IMG/VR virus record: IMGVR_UViG_3300027627_000419
Span: 1 to 48,100 of that record
DNA: 48,100 nucleotides
Reading direction: 5' to 3' (one strand)
Source: a virus
Lineage: Duplodnaviria > Caudoviricetes
Part shown: positions 27,458-35,161 of the stretch, piece by piece
How positions within the stretch are numbered: the first letter of the stretch is position 1
Layout: the number at the start of each line of letters is the position of its first letter
Notes under the pieces: model-generated
What the model was told of the DNA's origin: nothing
Databases searched by the model: none
Seen by the model: only the letters and a program-made list of their open reading frames with translations
Made by a program: the position numbers and the translations under genes

Positions 27458-28537
27458 TCAAAAAGCCTTTAGCACTTCCTCGGTCATTCGATTTAAGGAA
27501 AATTCTTTCTGAAGTTTCAGCCCCTCTTCGTTTATTTTTCCAGATTCAACTCTTTTGACTGCTTCTTCGCAAGCAGTAATGAACTCGTCCGCATCAAAGT
27601 CGTGAATTTGGCCTTGATTGAATGGTTTGTTCGGATGAAAGAATATTCCATCATACGCGTCGATCTTCCCTTTGGGATTAACGAGTATGGAGTTATCCTT
27701 GTTGGCCCACTCCTTGTATCCGTGTGCGTTAAGAACGACCGCGTGCTTTCCTATTGCTGTAGAGTGAAACTCCGGTAAACCCCAGCCTTCTGCTCCAGAC
27801 ATAGCTAGAATAATATTGGCAGAATTTAGAAAATCATTATAGACCGTATTCTTTTGCAGAAAGCTTAAGAATTGGACGTTTTCGTATCTCTTAGCTTCTA
27901 CTGCTCTGACGAACAGTTCTTTATTCTGAGCTTCGGAAAGGAAGCCGTTGTAAATACAGCACTGTAGGCTGTATTTTTTGTTATTGCCAAACTTCTTCAC
28001 CCAACTTTTAATTATCTTCTCGTGATGTTTTCTCTTTTCAAACTTTCCCGTTAGGTTAAAGACTACTCTTCCGTCATCGAAATACTTTTTATCTTTTCTT
28101 TCAAAATTAAAATCATCGAAAGCCAGAGGAACTACGCGCGAACTAACTCCGTGTTTGGCAAAAATCTCTTGAGTTTCTTTATTTGTAAAAATTAATTCAT
28201 CGCAATTTTTCGCGATATTAATCTCTTCTTCGGTTGGGGAATCCAACTCGTAAAAAGTCATTAAAATATTTTTTTTACTTACCGTTTCCAGGGAGCCGTT
28301 TAAGTGCCACAATTTAAATGCTGGATTTTCTCTGCTATGCTCTTTTAGAAATTTCTGCGCCCCAGAAGCCACCCAATTTTGAAAGATTTGATCGTCTTTC
28401 TGAGTAGAAAAATCTATAGAATTTCCAATGGGGGAAACAACAACTTCGTGACCCCTGTTAAAGAGGCCACGAAGTATCATTGTTGCTACCTGCCCAAAAG
28501 AAACCGAGTTTATCGGAACGTTAAGGCAGTATTTCAT
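27458..28537 (-). CDS. GT4-family glycosyltransferase
   Basis: SFGQ, GKFEKRK, 'MSGAEGWGLPEF'. Confidence 0.8.
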   Translation of the reverse strand: MKYCLNVPINSVSFGQVATMILRGLFNRGHEVVVSPIGNSIDFSTQKDDQIFQNWVASGAQKFLKEHSRENPAFKLWHLNGSLETVSKKNILMTFYELDSPTEEEINIAKNCDELIFTNKETQEIFAKHGVSSRVVPLAFDDFNFERKDKKYFDDGRVVFNLTGKFEKRKHHEKIIKSWVKKFGNNKKYSLQCCIYNGFLSEAQNKELFVRAVEAKRYENVQFLSFLQKNTVYNDFLNSANIILAMSGAEGWGLPEFHSTAIGKHAVVLNAHGYKEWANKDNSILVNPKGKIDAYDGIFFHPNKPFNQGQIHDFDADEFITACEEAVKRVESGKINEEGLKLQKEFSLNRMTEEVLKAF

Positions 28538-28926
28538 TAAAGGATTTCTTCATCGGGCCCGCTCTGAAATTCAGAAGCTTCTGAGTCTGCGGTTTTTTGA
28601 GCGTCTGGCTCTGCTCGACGCATTGAAGGGTGTTCTCCTCTTGGGGAAACCTTAACGGTTGTTGCGGTCGGGGTCGCGCTTTCGGATGTTGCGCCTTTAG
28701 CTGGAAGAGTCGAAAGGTAGATTCTGAAATCCGGAGAATTGGGATTAGATTTGTTATCGATGGGGAAGATGACGATCTTCGTTTCGATCTTCTGCCCCAT
28801 GTCATCCTGTTGCTTGATGGTGCCAGCGAGATACTTTTGACCTTTTTGGCTCTGTCTTTTCCAGAGAGCGCCAATTTCGGTCTGATTGTTTTGCTTCGTT
28901 TGTGTTTTTGTATTATTTGTAGTCAT
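28537..28926 (-). CDS. DUF736-like (OB/SSB-like) protein with acidic tail
   Basis: 'EIGALWKR.S.KG.KYL.G.I...N.PDFRIY'. Confidence 0.6.
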   Translation of the reverse strand: MTTNNTKTQTKQNNQTEIGALWKRQSQKGQKYLAGTIKQQDDMGQKIETKIVIFPIDNKSNPNSPDFRIYLSTLPAKGATSESATPTATTVKVSPRGEHPSMRRAEPDAQKTADSEASEFQSGPDEEIL

Positions 28927-28965
28927 AGACTTCGTGGACTATGCCAGCATGAATCATTACGTCAA
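28927..28965 (-). promoter_or_regulatory. Sigma70-type promoter
   Basis: TTGACG-16-CATAGT-11-ATG(28926); the -35 is the last two codons of the upstream gene. Confidence 0.5.
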
Positions 28966-29718
28966 GAGACTTTCGAAGAATTTTTTTACTTTTTCGTTGT
29001 GAACTTGTCCGACTCTTGCTTCTTTGTTTAGTAAAATTGGATCAAATCCGCTGCCAAAGTCAAGGATAGTTATTTCTTTATTTAAAGAAAGGAGATCGCT
29101 AGTTAAGACTTTACTGCTTAATCCAAAAGAAAAGAGAAAAATAGCGTCCTTCTGAATACTCTTTACGGCGTTTTCTTTTATTTCGTTGTATTTAGAAAAG
29201 GAATTAGTCTCTGGAGTTATAATGATTTCGTCAACATTTAAAAGGTTTTTAATTCCATTTAATTTGTTTGGACCGATGAATATCTTTTTTCTTTTTGAGT
29301 TTTTTATGGATTCCAAGAGGGTTCTGAGGTTGTGATTGAGAGAATCATGAGTCAATAGAAGCGCGTAATAAAGATAATTAGGAATTAAGCCTTCACAATT
29401 AAGGTAATCATCTCTAAGTTGAGAAAATTCATCTCCCGCCCGACCCGGCCAATCACCAATAAACACATCAGCTCTTCTTGCCATTTTTTTTAGGGCGACC
29501 TTAAGAAATTCTCCTAGTTCTTTGGAAAGCGGGTGTCCGTCGCGGTTTTCTTCGCCATCACGAAAGCCAAAGATACACTCAAGTTCTTCGTCTCCGAATT
29601 TAGTAAAAGAAAAATTTTCGTTATTTTTAATCTTATAATTAAAATAATTCAAATAAAGATCCCTCTTTAAGAGATTTCTTTTGTTTCTATCGCTATCGTT
29701 GATTAATTGCTTATCCAT
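28957..29718 (-). CDS. GT-D fold (DUF1792-like) glycosyltransferase
   Basis: 'FSFTKFGDEE', 'FGLSSKVL', 'LDFGSGFD'; start taken at ATG 29718. Confidence 0.6.
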   Translation of the reverse strand: MDKQLINDSDRNKRNLLKRDLYLNYFNYKIKNNENFSFTKFGDEELECIFGFRDGEENRDGHPLSKELGEFLKVALKKMARRADVFIGDWPGRAGDEFSQLRDDYLNCEGLIPNYLYYALLLTHDSLNHNLRTLLESIKNSKRKKIFIGPNKLNGIKNLLNVDEIIITPETNSFSKYNEIKENAVKSIQKDAIFLFSFGLSSKVLTSDLLSLNKEITILDFGSGFDPILLNKEARVGQVHNEKVKKFFESLLT

Positions 29719-30314
29719 TTTATGAAATCGTCGATGATTGGGGAGATGAATTTGTTTACTTTTTCTTCGTTTCCATTGGAGTGTTCCCATTCCACCGCGT
29801 AATCAGCCTTCTTGAGTAGCTTGGGGTTCTGGGTTGCCTCTTCTGTGTTTGGCGCGGTCGTGTATATCTTTTTTCCGTCGACCATTTTAAACTTTGAAAT
29901 ATGAACAAGAACTCCATTCATCTCCTCCTTAAGCCAATGAACTTCATCTTTTTTAAACGAATCATATCTTATGTCCGTGACACAATGGAGAGAATGGGGG
30001 CAGCCATCAAGAAAATCAGAGAAGACGGAGGCTTTAATTTTGTCATTTAATTTATCCACCCAATATCTTCCATTTGTCTGATTTCTCCGTATTAATCCGT
30101 GAGAAACCAAAGCGGGCCTAAGCGTCTCCTTATCCTCTCTAGAACAAGTCAAGATATCAATACCATACAGATTCAAAAACGGAACACGAACCTCGTTCTT
30201 GAGTTCGTCTGCCAACGCGAACCTCTTGGCGTTAATCTTGGAAGATAAAGAATTAAAGAATAAGTCCTTACCGGAACCAGCCACACCGGATATGCCTATG
30301 ATTTTTGTTTTCAT
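29703..30314 (-). CDS. Deoxynucleoside monophosphate kinase (T4 gp1-like)
   Basis: IIGISGVAGSGKD, FALADELK, 'KE.LR', YWV, VTDIRY..E; start taken at ATG 30314. Confidence 0.8.
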   Translation of the reverse strand: MKTKIIGISGVAGSGKDLFFNSLSSKINAKRFALADELKNEVRVPFLNLYGIDILTCSREDKETLRPALVSHGLIRRNQTNGRYWVDKLNDKIKASVFSDFLDGCPHSLHCVTDIRYDSFKKDEVHWLKEEMNGVLVHISKFKMVDGKKIYTTAPNTEEATQNPKLLKKADYAVEWEHSNGNEEKVNKFISPIIDDFIKWISN

Positions 30315-30717
30315 ATAAAAGTTTCCCCGCAAGACCACTAGTCTTTTTAAAATTTTTCCCTGAGCGGCGGCTATAAGCAATAGCAGTCAACTCTATCTCT
30401 TGGGATAGTTAATTAATCAATCAATAGATACCCGCTTCAGTCCTTCGCATTGGCCTTATTTAGCCTAGCTGACGACTATCCATTGCTATGTTCCGTGTTC
30501 TTTGTTCTGCGGTAGGACTTGTTTTTTATGACCACTAGTCTTTTCCCTTGAGGGGGTATAAGTTTCTAGCATCCCTTTGGAACCAACCTATGAAGCCGCT
30601 TTTTCCCGAAATGGCTCCAGACTTTTTAGGTCTGTTTGGTTGATGTCTTTTTACGGGCCTGTTGTCTCTTGAGTGTTTTAGCCTAATGCTAGGCAAGCTG
30701 TTACCGCTTCAAAGAAC
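30315..30717 (-). ncRNA. Candidate ~350-400 nt structured non-coding RNA (alternatively a replication origin)
   Basis: Largest ORF-free gap; promoter upstream; many complementary segments including 5'/3' closure; internal duplication. No family recognised. Confidence 0.5.
30333..30570. repeat. 15-bp exact direct repeat GACCACTAGTCTTTT (30333 and 30530) within a longer degenerate duplication
   Basis: Both copies continue ...CCC(T)TGAG..GG.TATAAG...TAGCA; offset 197 bp. Confidence 0.85.
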
Positions 30718-30723
30718 TTTCTT

Positions 30724-30752
30724 ATTTTTGCCACCGCTTTTCAAAAAGTCAA
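30724..30752 (-). promoter_or_regulatory. Sigma70-type promoter facing the non-coding region
   Basis: TTGACT-17-AAAAAT; the -35 contains the upstream TGA stop; no ATG follows. Confidence 0.55.
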
Positions 30753-31153
30753 TCTTTTTTATCTTCCATGAGAGAGTGAATAATAACGATTAAATTCTTA
30801 ATGTCTTTTTCTCGGAGGTCTGCAAAGTCACAGAAATCAGAAGGAACATCTGCTTTTTCGCAAGCGATATTAATAATCATGGCTACTTCTTTAGCTGTTG
30901 AACTAGAAATAGTCACAGTTTGATCCATACTCTCTAGAGGCTTCTCCAAAACGAAAATAGCATCTCCATCGGCGCATCCCTGAGACACTATGTTCATTTT
31001 CTCAAGCTTTCTAAGGCCGCACAGCAGCGCCGCTTTGTCTGCTTCTCTATCTTCAGTGATGAAAACGACGTCTTTGAAATTCTTTTCCAGATAAAAGAAA
31101 TCATTCTTTTGGAACCAATCAATTAATTTTATTGAGGCTTCAATGATAGTCAC
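30749..31153 (-). CDS. Hypothetical protein
   Basis: 134 aa, GTG start; first gene of the leftward block. Confidence 0.7.
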   Translation of the reverse strand: MTIIEASIKLIDWFQKNDFFYLEKNFKDVVFITEDREADKAALLCGLRKLEKMNIVSQGCADGDAIFVLEKPLESMDQTVTISSSTAKEVAMIINIACEKADVPSDFCDFADLREKDIKNLIVIIHSLMEDKKD

Positions 31154-31194
31154 GCGTCTTTGACAGGTTAAATTTTAAAAAAATCAAAAAAAAC

Positions 31195-31231
31195 TTGCAA
31201 ACGAGCAAAAGACAGTCATCTTAATAAATAT
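31195..31231 (+). promoter_or_regulatory. Possible rightward promoter at the divergence point
   Basis: TTGCAA-16-CATCTT-9-ATG(31232), with an A-tract (UP-like) upstream. Confidence 0.4.
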
Positions 31232-31501
31232 ATGAATCCAGAAAACTCAAACAAAGAAGTAGCATCAACCACCCCAAGCGGAAAACGCGGCCGTAAACCG
31301 TTTTCCCTTCTGTGGCCGGAGGGGGAGTTTACAGCCAATCAGGTCGCGGAAATCTCAAACAACGCGATCTCAAAGGTTTCTGTCCATTCTAAAATTAACG
31401 ACGCATTAAGTCGCGGAGACTTGATTCTCGTTCGCCGAGTTAAAACAAAACTCGGTAGACCTCAAGCTGTATATACAAAAGTTTACGCAACTAACGGTTG
31501 A
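31232..31501 (+). CDS. Small winged-helix-like DNA-binding protein
   Basis: KRGRKP, 'FTANQVAE', 'GRPQAVY' wing. Confidence 0.55.
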   Translation: MNPENSNKEVASTTPSGKRGRKPFSLLWPEGEFTANQVAEISNNAISKVSVHSKINDALSRGDLILVRRVKTKLGRPQAVYTKVYATNG

Positions 31502-31512
31502 GGTCTCACGCT

Positions 31513-31845
31513 ATGACTCTTTACGACGTTTATCCTTCTTTTGTTGTTGTTTTCATTCTTATAGTTTGGTTTGAAACAAACGCAATATATGAGTATTTAG
31601 CAGTCTTTAAGACTTATAATCCGTTCGCCGCAACAGAGGAGAAGAAACAAATCATCTCTAGTTATCCTAATTATTTATTAATTAATTATCCCAATTTTTT
31701 CACAAAACTGTTAAGTTGCCCTATTTGCTTTGGGTTTTGGTTAAATATCCTTTGCTGCTCTTTGGTCTATCAATTCGGTTTCTTTTTCGTTAATTTTTAT
31801 ATTTCGCTATTGCTATACTCAATTCTTGTGAAAACGTCCAAATGA
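31513..31845 (+). CDS. DUF1360-like membrane protein
   Basis: TM helices and 'LLSCPICFGFW'. Confidence 0.6.
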   Translation: MTLYDVYPSFVVVFILIVWFETNAIYEYLAVFKTYNPFAATEEKKQIISSYPNYLLINYPNFFTKLLSCPICFGFWLNILCCSLVYQFGFFFVNFYISLLLYSILVKTSK

Positions 31846-32150
31846 AAAAATTTCCCATACAAGTTGGCCAGTTCGAAACTCTTGTTGCTATTATTAGACA
31901 GTCTCCAAGCAACTATGCGGAGATAGTGAAGAATTTCGACTCGTTTAAAGTGGTGGATAACTGTTTTAGCGTTGTCTCGTCGGCTTGCTGTCAGAAAAGA
32001 GCTCTTCTCAATAAGGACTGCTCTGAGATTTTTAAAGCTTTCGCTTTAGATAAAGAAAGCAATCAGGGGTTTTTTGATTTTTTTAAAACGAGCTACGGAT
32101 TTGAAGAAGTAAGCATCCTTGAACATGGAGTCGTTTTGGCCTCCTATTGA
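31842..32150 (+). CDS. Hypothetical protein
   Basis: ATGA overlap with the upstream gene. Confidence 0.65.
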   Translation: MKKFPIQVGQFETLVAIIRQSPSNYAEIVKNFDSFKVVDNCFSVVSSACCQKRALLNKDCSEIFKAFALDKESNQGFFDFFKTSYGFEEVSILEHGVVLASY

Positions 32151-32178
32151 TATTCTTCTTTACTTCAGAATAAATGCT

Positions 32179-32193
32179 GTGTATATACTCTAT
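32179..32193 (+). promoter_or_regulatory. GTGTA-N10-ATG motif
   Basis: GTGTA TATACTCTAT ATG. Confidence 0.55.
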
Positions 32194-32400
32194 ATGCCTC
32201 TGCCGTCTCCAGAGAAAGGGCAGCCTGAAAAAGATTTCATTTCAGATTGTATGTCCGACGAGAGAATGAACAGGGAGTTTGCAAATCAAAAGCAAAGATT
32301 TGCTGTTTGCAAAAGTCAGCATAAGATGGTAAAGAAAGCAAAAGCAAGTGAAGACATAGATTGGCTCGACGCTCTAAACTCAAACTACATAATCTGGTAA
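32194..32400 (+). CDS. Small phage protein (MPLP.P...E.DFIS.CM...EF....QR.AVC type)
   Basis: Pattern recalled from phage hypothetical proteins; start moved to ATG 32194. Confidence 0.65.
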   Translation: MPLPSPEKGQPEKDFISDCMSDERMNREFANQKQRFAVCKSQHKMVKKAKASEDIDWLDALNSNYIIW

Positions 32401-32415
32401 TAATTAATTTAATAT

Positions 32416-32769
32416 ATGAAAAACCTAATCCTGACACTCATTCTTTGTTCTTCCTCTACGTCCGCCTTTGCTGGCGAAGGCGAAAACAACCAAGTTGGCG
32501 GCGGCGAAAAGAAGGAAGGCTACAGCACCACCAAGCCCCTCGGTGTGCCGGTCAAGACGACCGTCGGCACCACCAAGGTAAGCACTCGCGGCAGCGTCAC
32601 CACCGCCGCAGTCACATCGACCGTGCGCCCGACGGCCACCCGGACTGCCTCCGTCTCCCGCGTGAATCTCCGTCGCCCCACGGCGACCGTGACCTCGACC
32701 ACTCCCACCGCCCCCGTCGGTGGCGGTCAGTCACAACCGCCGCCGCCGTCCAACGTCGGTGGCCAGTAA
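32416..32769 (+). CDS. Secreted Thr/Pro/Gly-rich low-complexity protein
   Basis: Signal peptide ending ...SAFA; GC-rich codons. Confidence 0.65.
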   Translation: MKNLILTLILCSSSTSAFAGEGENNQVGGGEKKEGYSTTKPLGVPVKTTVGTTKVSTRGSVTTAAVTSTVRPTATRTASVSRVNLRRPTATVTSTTPTAPVGGGQSQPPPPSNVGGQ

Positions 32770-32790
32770 TCTCATTCGAATCAACCACCT

Positions 32791-33444
32791 GTGAAAATTC
32801 CTCTTTTCTTAGCTGCCCTCGTGCTTGCGCTCGTCGCTCAAGACGCCGCTGCCCAAACCTTGGCTGGCACTATGGCTGCGGGCGCTATCGGGTCCTCTCT
32901 GCAAGGCGTTGGCGGAATGAACTATGGCGTCATCAAAAGCCAAGCGCGCGGCGTGTCCAACGCAAACAATAATTACCAATCCACCCTGAACGGGTTGACG
33001 ACCGACCCGAACAACACAACGACAGCGCAGCCGCAACAGCCGCAGCCGCAACAGCCGCAGCCGCAACAGCCCCCGCAACAGCCCCCGCAACCGACCGGGG
33101 TTGAAGCGGGTACTCAAACGGGTGGAGCAGGAGCTAACACCAACTTGACTAGTAGCAGTACGCGCCCCATCAGCATTTGGGGAGCGACCGGCCTCGCCTC
33201 GCTCAGAGCCAATCCGCGCAACATCATGAGCACGATCGGGAATAAAAGCGCTGGAACGAACCAGTTCAGCTCGAGGCCACGCATATCACTCCGCGTCCAA
33301 ACAATGCGCATCTCCAATCCTCGGACTTCTGCAATCTCCACTCGCGGTGGAGCGACTGGTGGCACCAACCAACTCGGTGGTGCAGGCGGTAGTCAGCAAC
33401 AGCAGGAAGTTTATGACGGCTCCGCAACAGTCCGCAGCAAATGA
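32791..33444 (+). CDS. Secreted Gln/Pro/Thr/Gly-rich low-complexity protein
   Basis: Signal peptide ending ...DAAA; QP repeat; GC-rich codons. Confidence 0.7.
   Translation: MKIPLFLAALVLALVAQDAAAQTLAGTMAAGAIGSSLQGVGGMNYGVIKSQARGVSNANNNYQSTLNGLTTDPNNTTTAQPQQPQPQQPQPQQPPQQPPQPTGVEAGTQTGGAGANTNLTSSSTRPISIWGATGLASLRANPRNIMSTIGNKSAGTNQFSSRPRISLRVQTMRISNPRTSAISTRGGATGGTNQLGGAGGSQQQQEVYDGSATVRSK
33028..33093 (+). repeat. In-frame 15/12-nt tandem repeat encoding QPQQP
   Basis: cagccgcaacagccg units followed by ccgcaacagccc units. Confidence 0.9.
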
Positions 33445-33613
33445 GGCGAAGTCCGCCGCTCCATCGGCAGCGGACGCAAGTGCAGATTCGTCGGCTTCCG
33501 CAAATTCTTCACTGCCCGAGGAAAAGTCAGCCAAGTCGTTGACGCCCGAGGAACAAATGGTGCGTTATGAGGATGAGCTCAAGGAAACGGACTGGGGCCA
33601 TCAGCCGTGTTGA
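33413..33613 (+). CDS. Small acidic protein ending in DWGHQPC
   Basis: 'LTPEEQMVRYEDELKETDWGHQPC'; I recall this C-terminus from Verrucomicrobiota small proteins (unverified); start uncertain. Confidence 0.6.
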   Translation: MTAPQQSAANEAKSAAPSAADASADSSASANSSLPEEKSAKSLTPEEQMVRYEDELKETDWGHQPC

Positions 33614-33619
33614 ATAACT

Positions 33620-33649
33620 CTTCGGCAACCCGACAAAGGATTACCGAAG
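33620..33649 (+). terminator. Imperfect hairpin at the right edge of the GC-rich island
   Basis: CTTCGGcAAcCC-gacaaa-GGaTTaCCGAAG. Confidence 0.35.
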
Positions 33650-33663
33650 GTGTATTTATATGC
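33650..33663 (+). promoter_or_regulatory. GTGTA-N9-ATG motif
   Basis: GTGTA TTTATATGC ATG. Confidence 0.6.
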
Positions 33664-33861
33664 ATGAAGAAGATGGCGATTGTGTATCAAGGTTGCGAGG
33701 TCGTAATAAAGAAGAACAAAATCACCCTTTACGACAAGAAATGCACGAAGACAGACGAAGAAGTCATTAAAATGATAGAATATCTTCATCAAGAAGGTTT
33801 TATAACCTCCAACACCGTCACGGTAGACATTATTTGTGACGAAGACTCTTCAGAAAACTAA
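33664..33861 (+). CDS. Small hypothetical protein (paralog A)
   Basis: 'EVIKMIEYLHQEGFI'; start moved to ATG 33664. Confidence 0.7.
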   Translation: MKKMAIVYQGCEVVIKKNKITLYDKKCTKTDEEVIKMIEYLHQEGFITSNTVTVDIICDEDSSEN

Positions 33862-34162
33862 TTTGGCCGAGTATATTTGGAATGTTTGTAAAATTTATTT
33901 CGTTTGTTTTTATTGTTAACGGGTAGTTGTATTCCGTATCTATCCTTATTCCTTCTTCTCTATCTTCTTCAAAGATTAAGTCTTCCACAAAGTCCATGAG
34001 ACCCTTATCCCTCAAAAGAGAGAAATAGAGGTCTCTTTTTTCTTTTTTTGATTCAAATAATACAGATAAATGCAGACTATCCCTGGCTGAAAGTGTAATT
34101 AATCTTAGAGCTAAACTCAAAGTTGGCGGCTCAGAAAGACCAGCTTTGATGATTAGGTTCAT
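33830..34162 (-). CDS. Hypothetical protein
   Basis: 110 aa; preceded by GTGTA-N9-ATG. Confidence 0.65.
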   Translation of the reverse strand: MNLIIKAGLSEPPTLSLALRLITLSARDSLHLSVLFESKKEKRDLYFSLLRDKGLMDFVEDLIFEEDREEGIRIDTEYNYPLTIKTNEINFTNIPNILGQISFLKSLRHK

Positions 34163-34176
34163 ACAGATAAATACAC
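34163..34176 (-). promoter_or_regulatory. GTGTA-N9-ATG motif
   Basis: GTGTA TTTATCTGT ATG. Confidence 0.6.
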
Positions 34177-34183
34177 TAATTGT

Positions 34184-34354
34184 ATGCTTTTAATGATAAA
34201 CGGATTGGAGATTGAGATAACCTACACCAAGGTTAGAATTCACGACCCATTCCACGACGTTTCAGAGCTCGAAGCCAAGAAGATAATGCAGTACCTCTTG
34301 GACGAAGCTATTGTTGACAATCCCGATATGGAGTGCGAGATTGTCAGGAAATAG
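34184..34354 (+). CDS. Small hypothetical protein (paralog B; absent from the ORF track)
   Basis: MLLMINGLEIEITYTKVRIHDPFHDVSELEAKKIMQYLLDEAIVDNPDMECEIVRK*; stop overlaps the next GTG. Confidence 0.7.
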   Translation: MLLMINGLEIEITYTKVRIHDPFHDVSELEAKKIMQYLLDEAIVDNPDMECEIVRK

Positions 34355-34953
34355 TGAGTATAGAAAATAAATTGATTTGTTTGAATTTGAATTCCGCATG
34401 GCAACCCATCGGATACAAAACAGTTAAAGATTCAATTTGTGATTTGGTCGGCGGAGACTTTGTCGCTCTAGACATTCAGTACGAGGGGGGAGACTTCTCA
34501 AAGCCAACAAACATTACCCCTATGGATTGGGAGAATTGGATTAGCCTCCCGATTCGGGAATTCGACTTCGAGATTTCTTCTACGAAATTGACGGTTAGAG
34601 TTCCAACTGTTTTAGTTTCTAAGAACTTCGCAACTATGCCTCTCAAGAGAATGAGGCTTTCTAAAGACAACATTTGGAAAAGAGATAACGGTATTTGCCA
34701 GTACTCAAATAAAGCGCTCAAGAAGGAGGACGCTTCCGTTGACCACGTAATGCCCAAGTGTCGCGGCGGCGGAGAAGGATGGGAGAACCTAGTATTGTGC
34801 CACAAAGACATAAACCGAATGAAGGGCAAACTCACCCCGAAAGAAGCCGGACTTAAGCTGAAAAAACTTCCCAAAGAGCCGCTCCCCGTTCCCGCTGGGT
34901 TATTAATTAAGGACTTGAATCATTTCGATTGGAAGCATTTTTTTATTAATTAA
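34354..34953 (+). CDS. HNH endonuclease (McrA-like)
   Basis: 'LN..WQPI', 'VRVPTV', 'NIWKRD..CQY', 'VDHVMP..RGG...WENLV.C....N..KG'. Confidence 0.9.
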   Translation: MSIENKLICLNLNSAWQPIGYKTVKDSICDLVGGDFVALDIQYEGGDFSKPTNITPMDWENWISLPIREFDFEISSTKLTVRVPTVLVSKNFATMPLKRMRLSKDNIWKRDNGICQYSNKALKKEDASVDHVMPKCRGGGEGWENLVLCHKDINRMKGKLTPKEAGLKLKKLPKEPLPVPAGLLIKDLNHFDWKHFFIN

Positions 34954-34955
34954 AT

Positions 34956-35114
34956 ATGAAGAACGAAAAAGCTATACGCCTCATAGATCAAATGATTGAA
35001 AAATCAATAACGGACGACAGACAAAAAGAAAACAAAAAGATAGAAGAGCTAACGGGAGAGAGCTGGATGACGTTTTATTTAAAGAGTCTAAAAGAACTCT
35101 TGTTGAAGGAATAA
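34956..35114 (+). CDS. Small hypothetical protein (absent from the ORF track)
   Basis: MKNEKAIRLIDQMIEKSITDDRQKENKKIEELTGESWMTFYLKSLKELLLKE*; fills the gap 2 nt after the HNH stop. Confidence 0.6.
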   Translation: MKNEKAIRLIDQMIEKSITDDRQKENKKIEELTGESWMTFYLKSLKELLLKE

Positions 35115-35123
35115 AAGACTCAT

Positions 35124-35161
35124 TTGACTTAGTATTAAAATAAGTTATATTCTTCGGGAAG
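35124..35161 (+). promoter_or_regulatory. Sigma70-type promoter
   Basis: TTGACT-18-TATTCT-8-ATG(35162), or 16-TATATT. Confidence 0.65.

Noticed and set aside
3379-29031. Numerous plus-strand ORFs opposite the replication block (for example 7964-8542, 12580-13014, 24157-24570)
   Set aside because: They are antisense to well-supported genes and show no motifs or start signals.
30333-30544. CRISPR array
   Set aside because: Only two 15-bp copies, 197 bp apart. No cas operon; the Cas4-like nuclease sits in the replication block.
30315-30717. tmRNA, RNase P RNA or tRNA as the identity of the non-coding element
   Set aside because: No GGGG...CCA tRNA-like ends or T-loop, and no GAGGAAAGUCC / ACAGAA..CGGCUUA conserved regions. 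A group I intron is not supported because the element does not interrupt a gene; only a covariance search can fully exclude it.
32361-33534. Alternative-frame and antisense ORFs in the GC island (32361-32972, 32520-32708, 32809-33117, 33114-33368, 33286-33534)
   Set aside because: These are shadows of GC-rich low-complexity genes; the chosen frames have signal peptides and consistent codon bias.
34354-34953. HNH as an intron-encoded homing endonuclease
   Set aside because: It is a free-standing gene coupled to intact neighbours, with no interrupted host gene.
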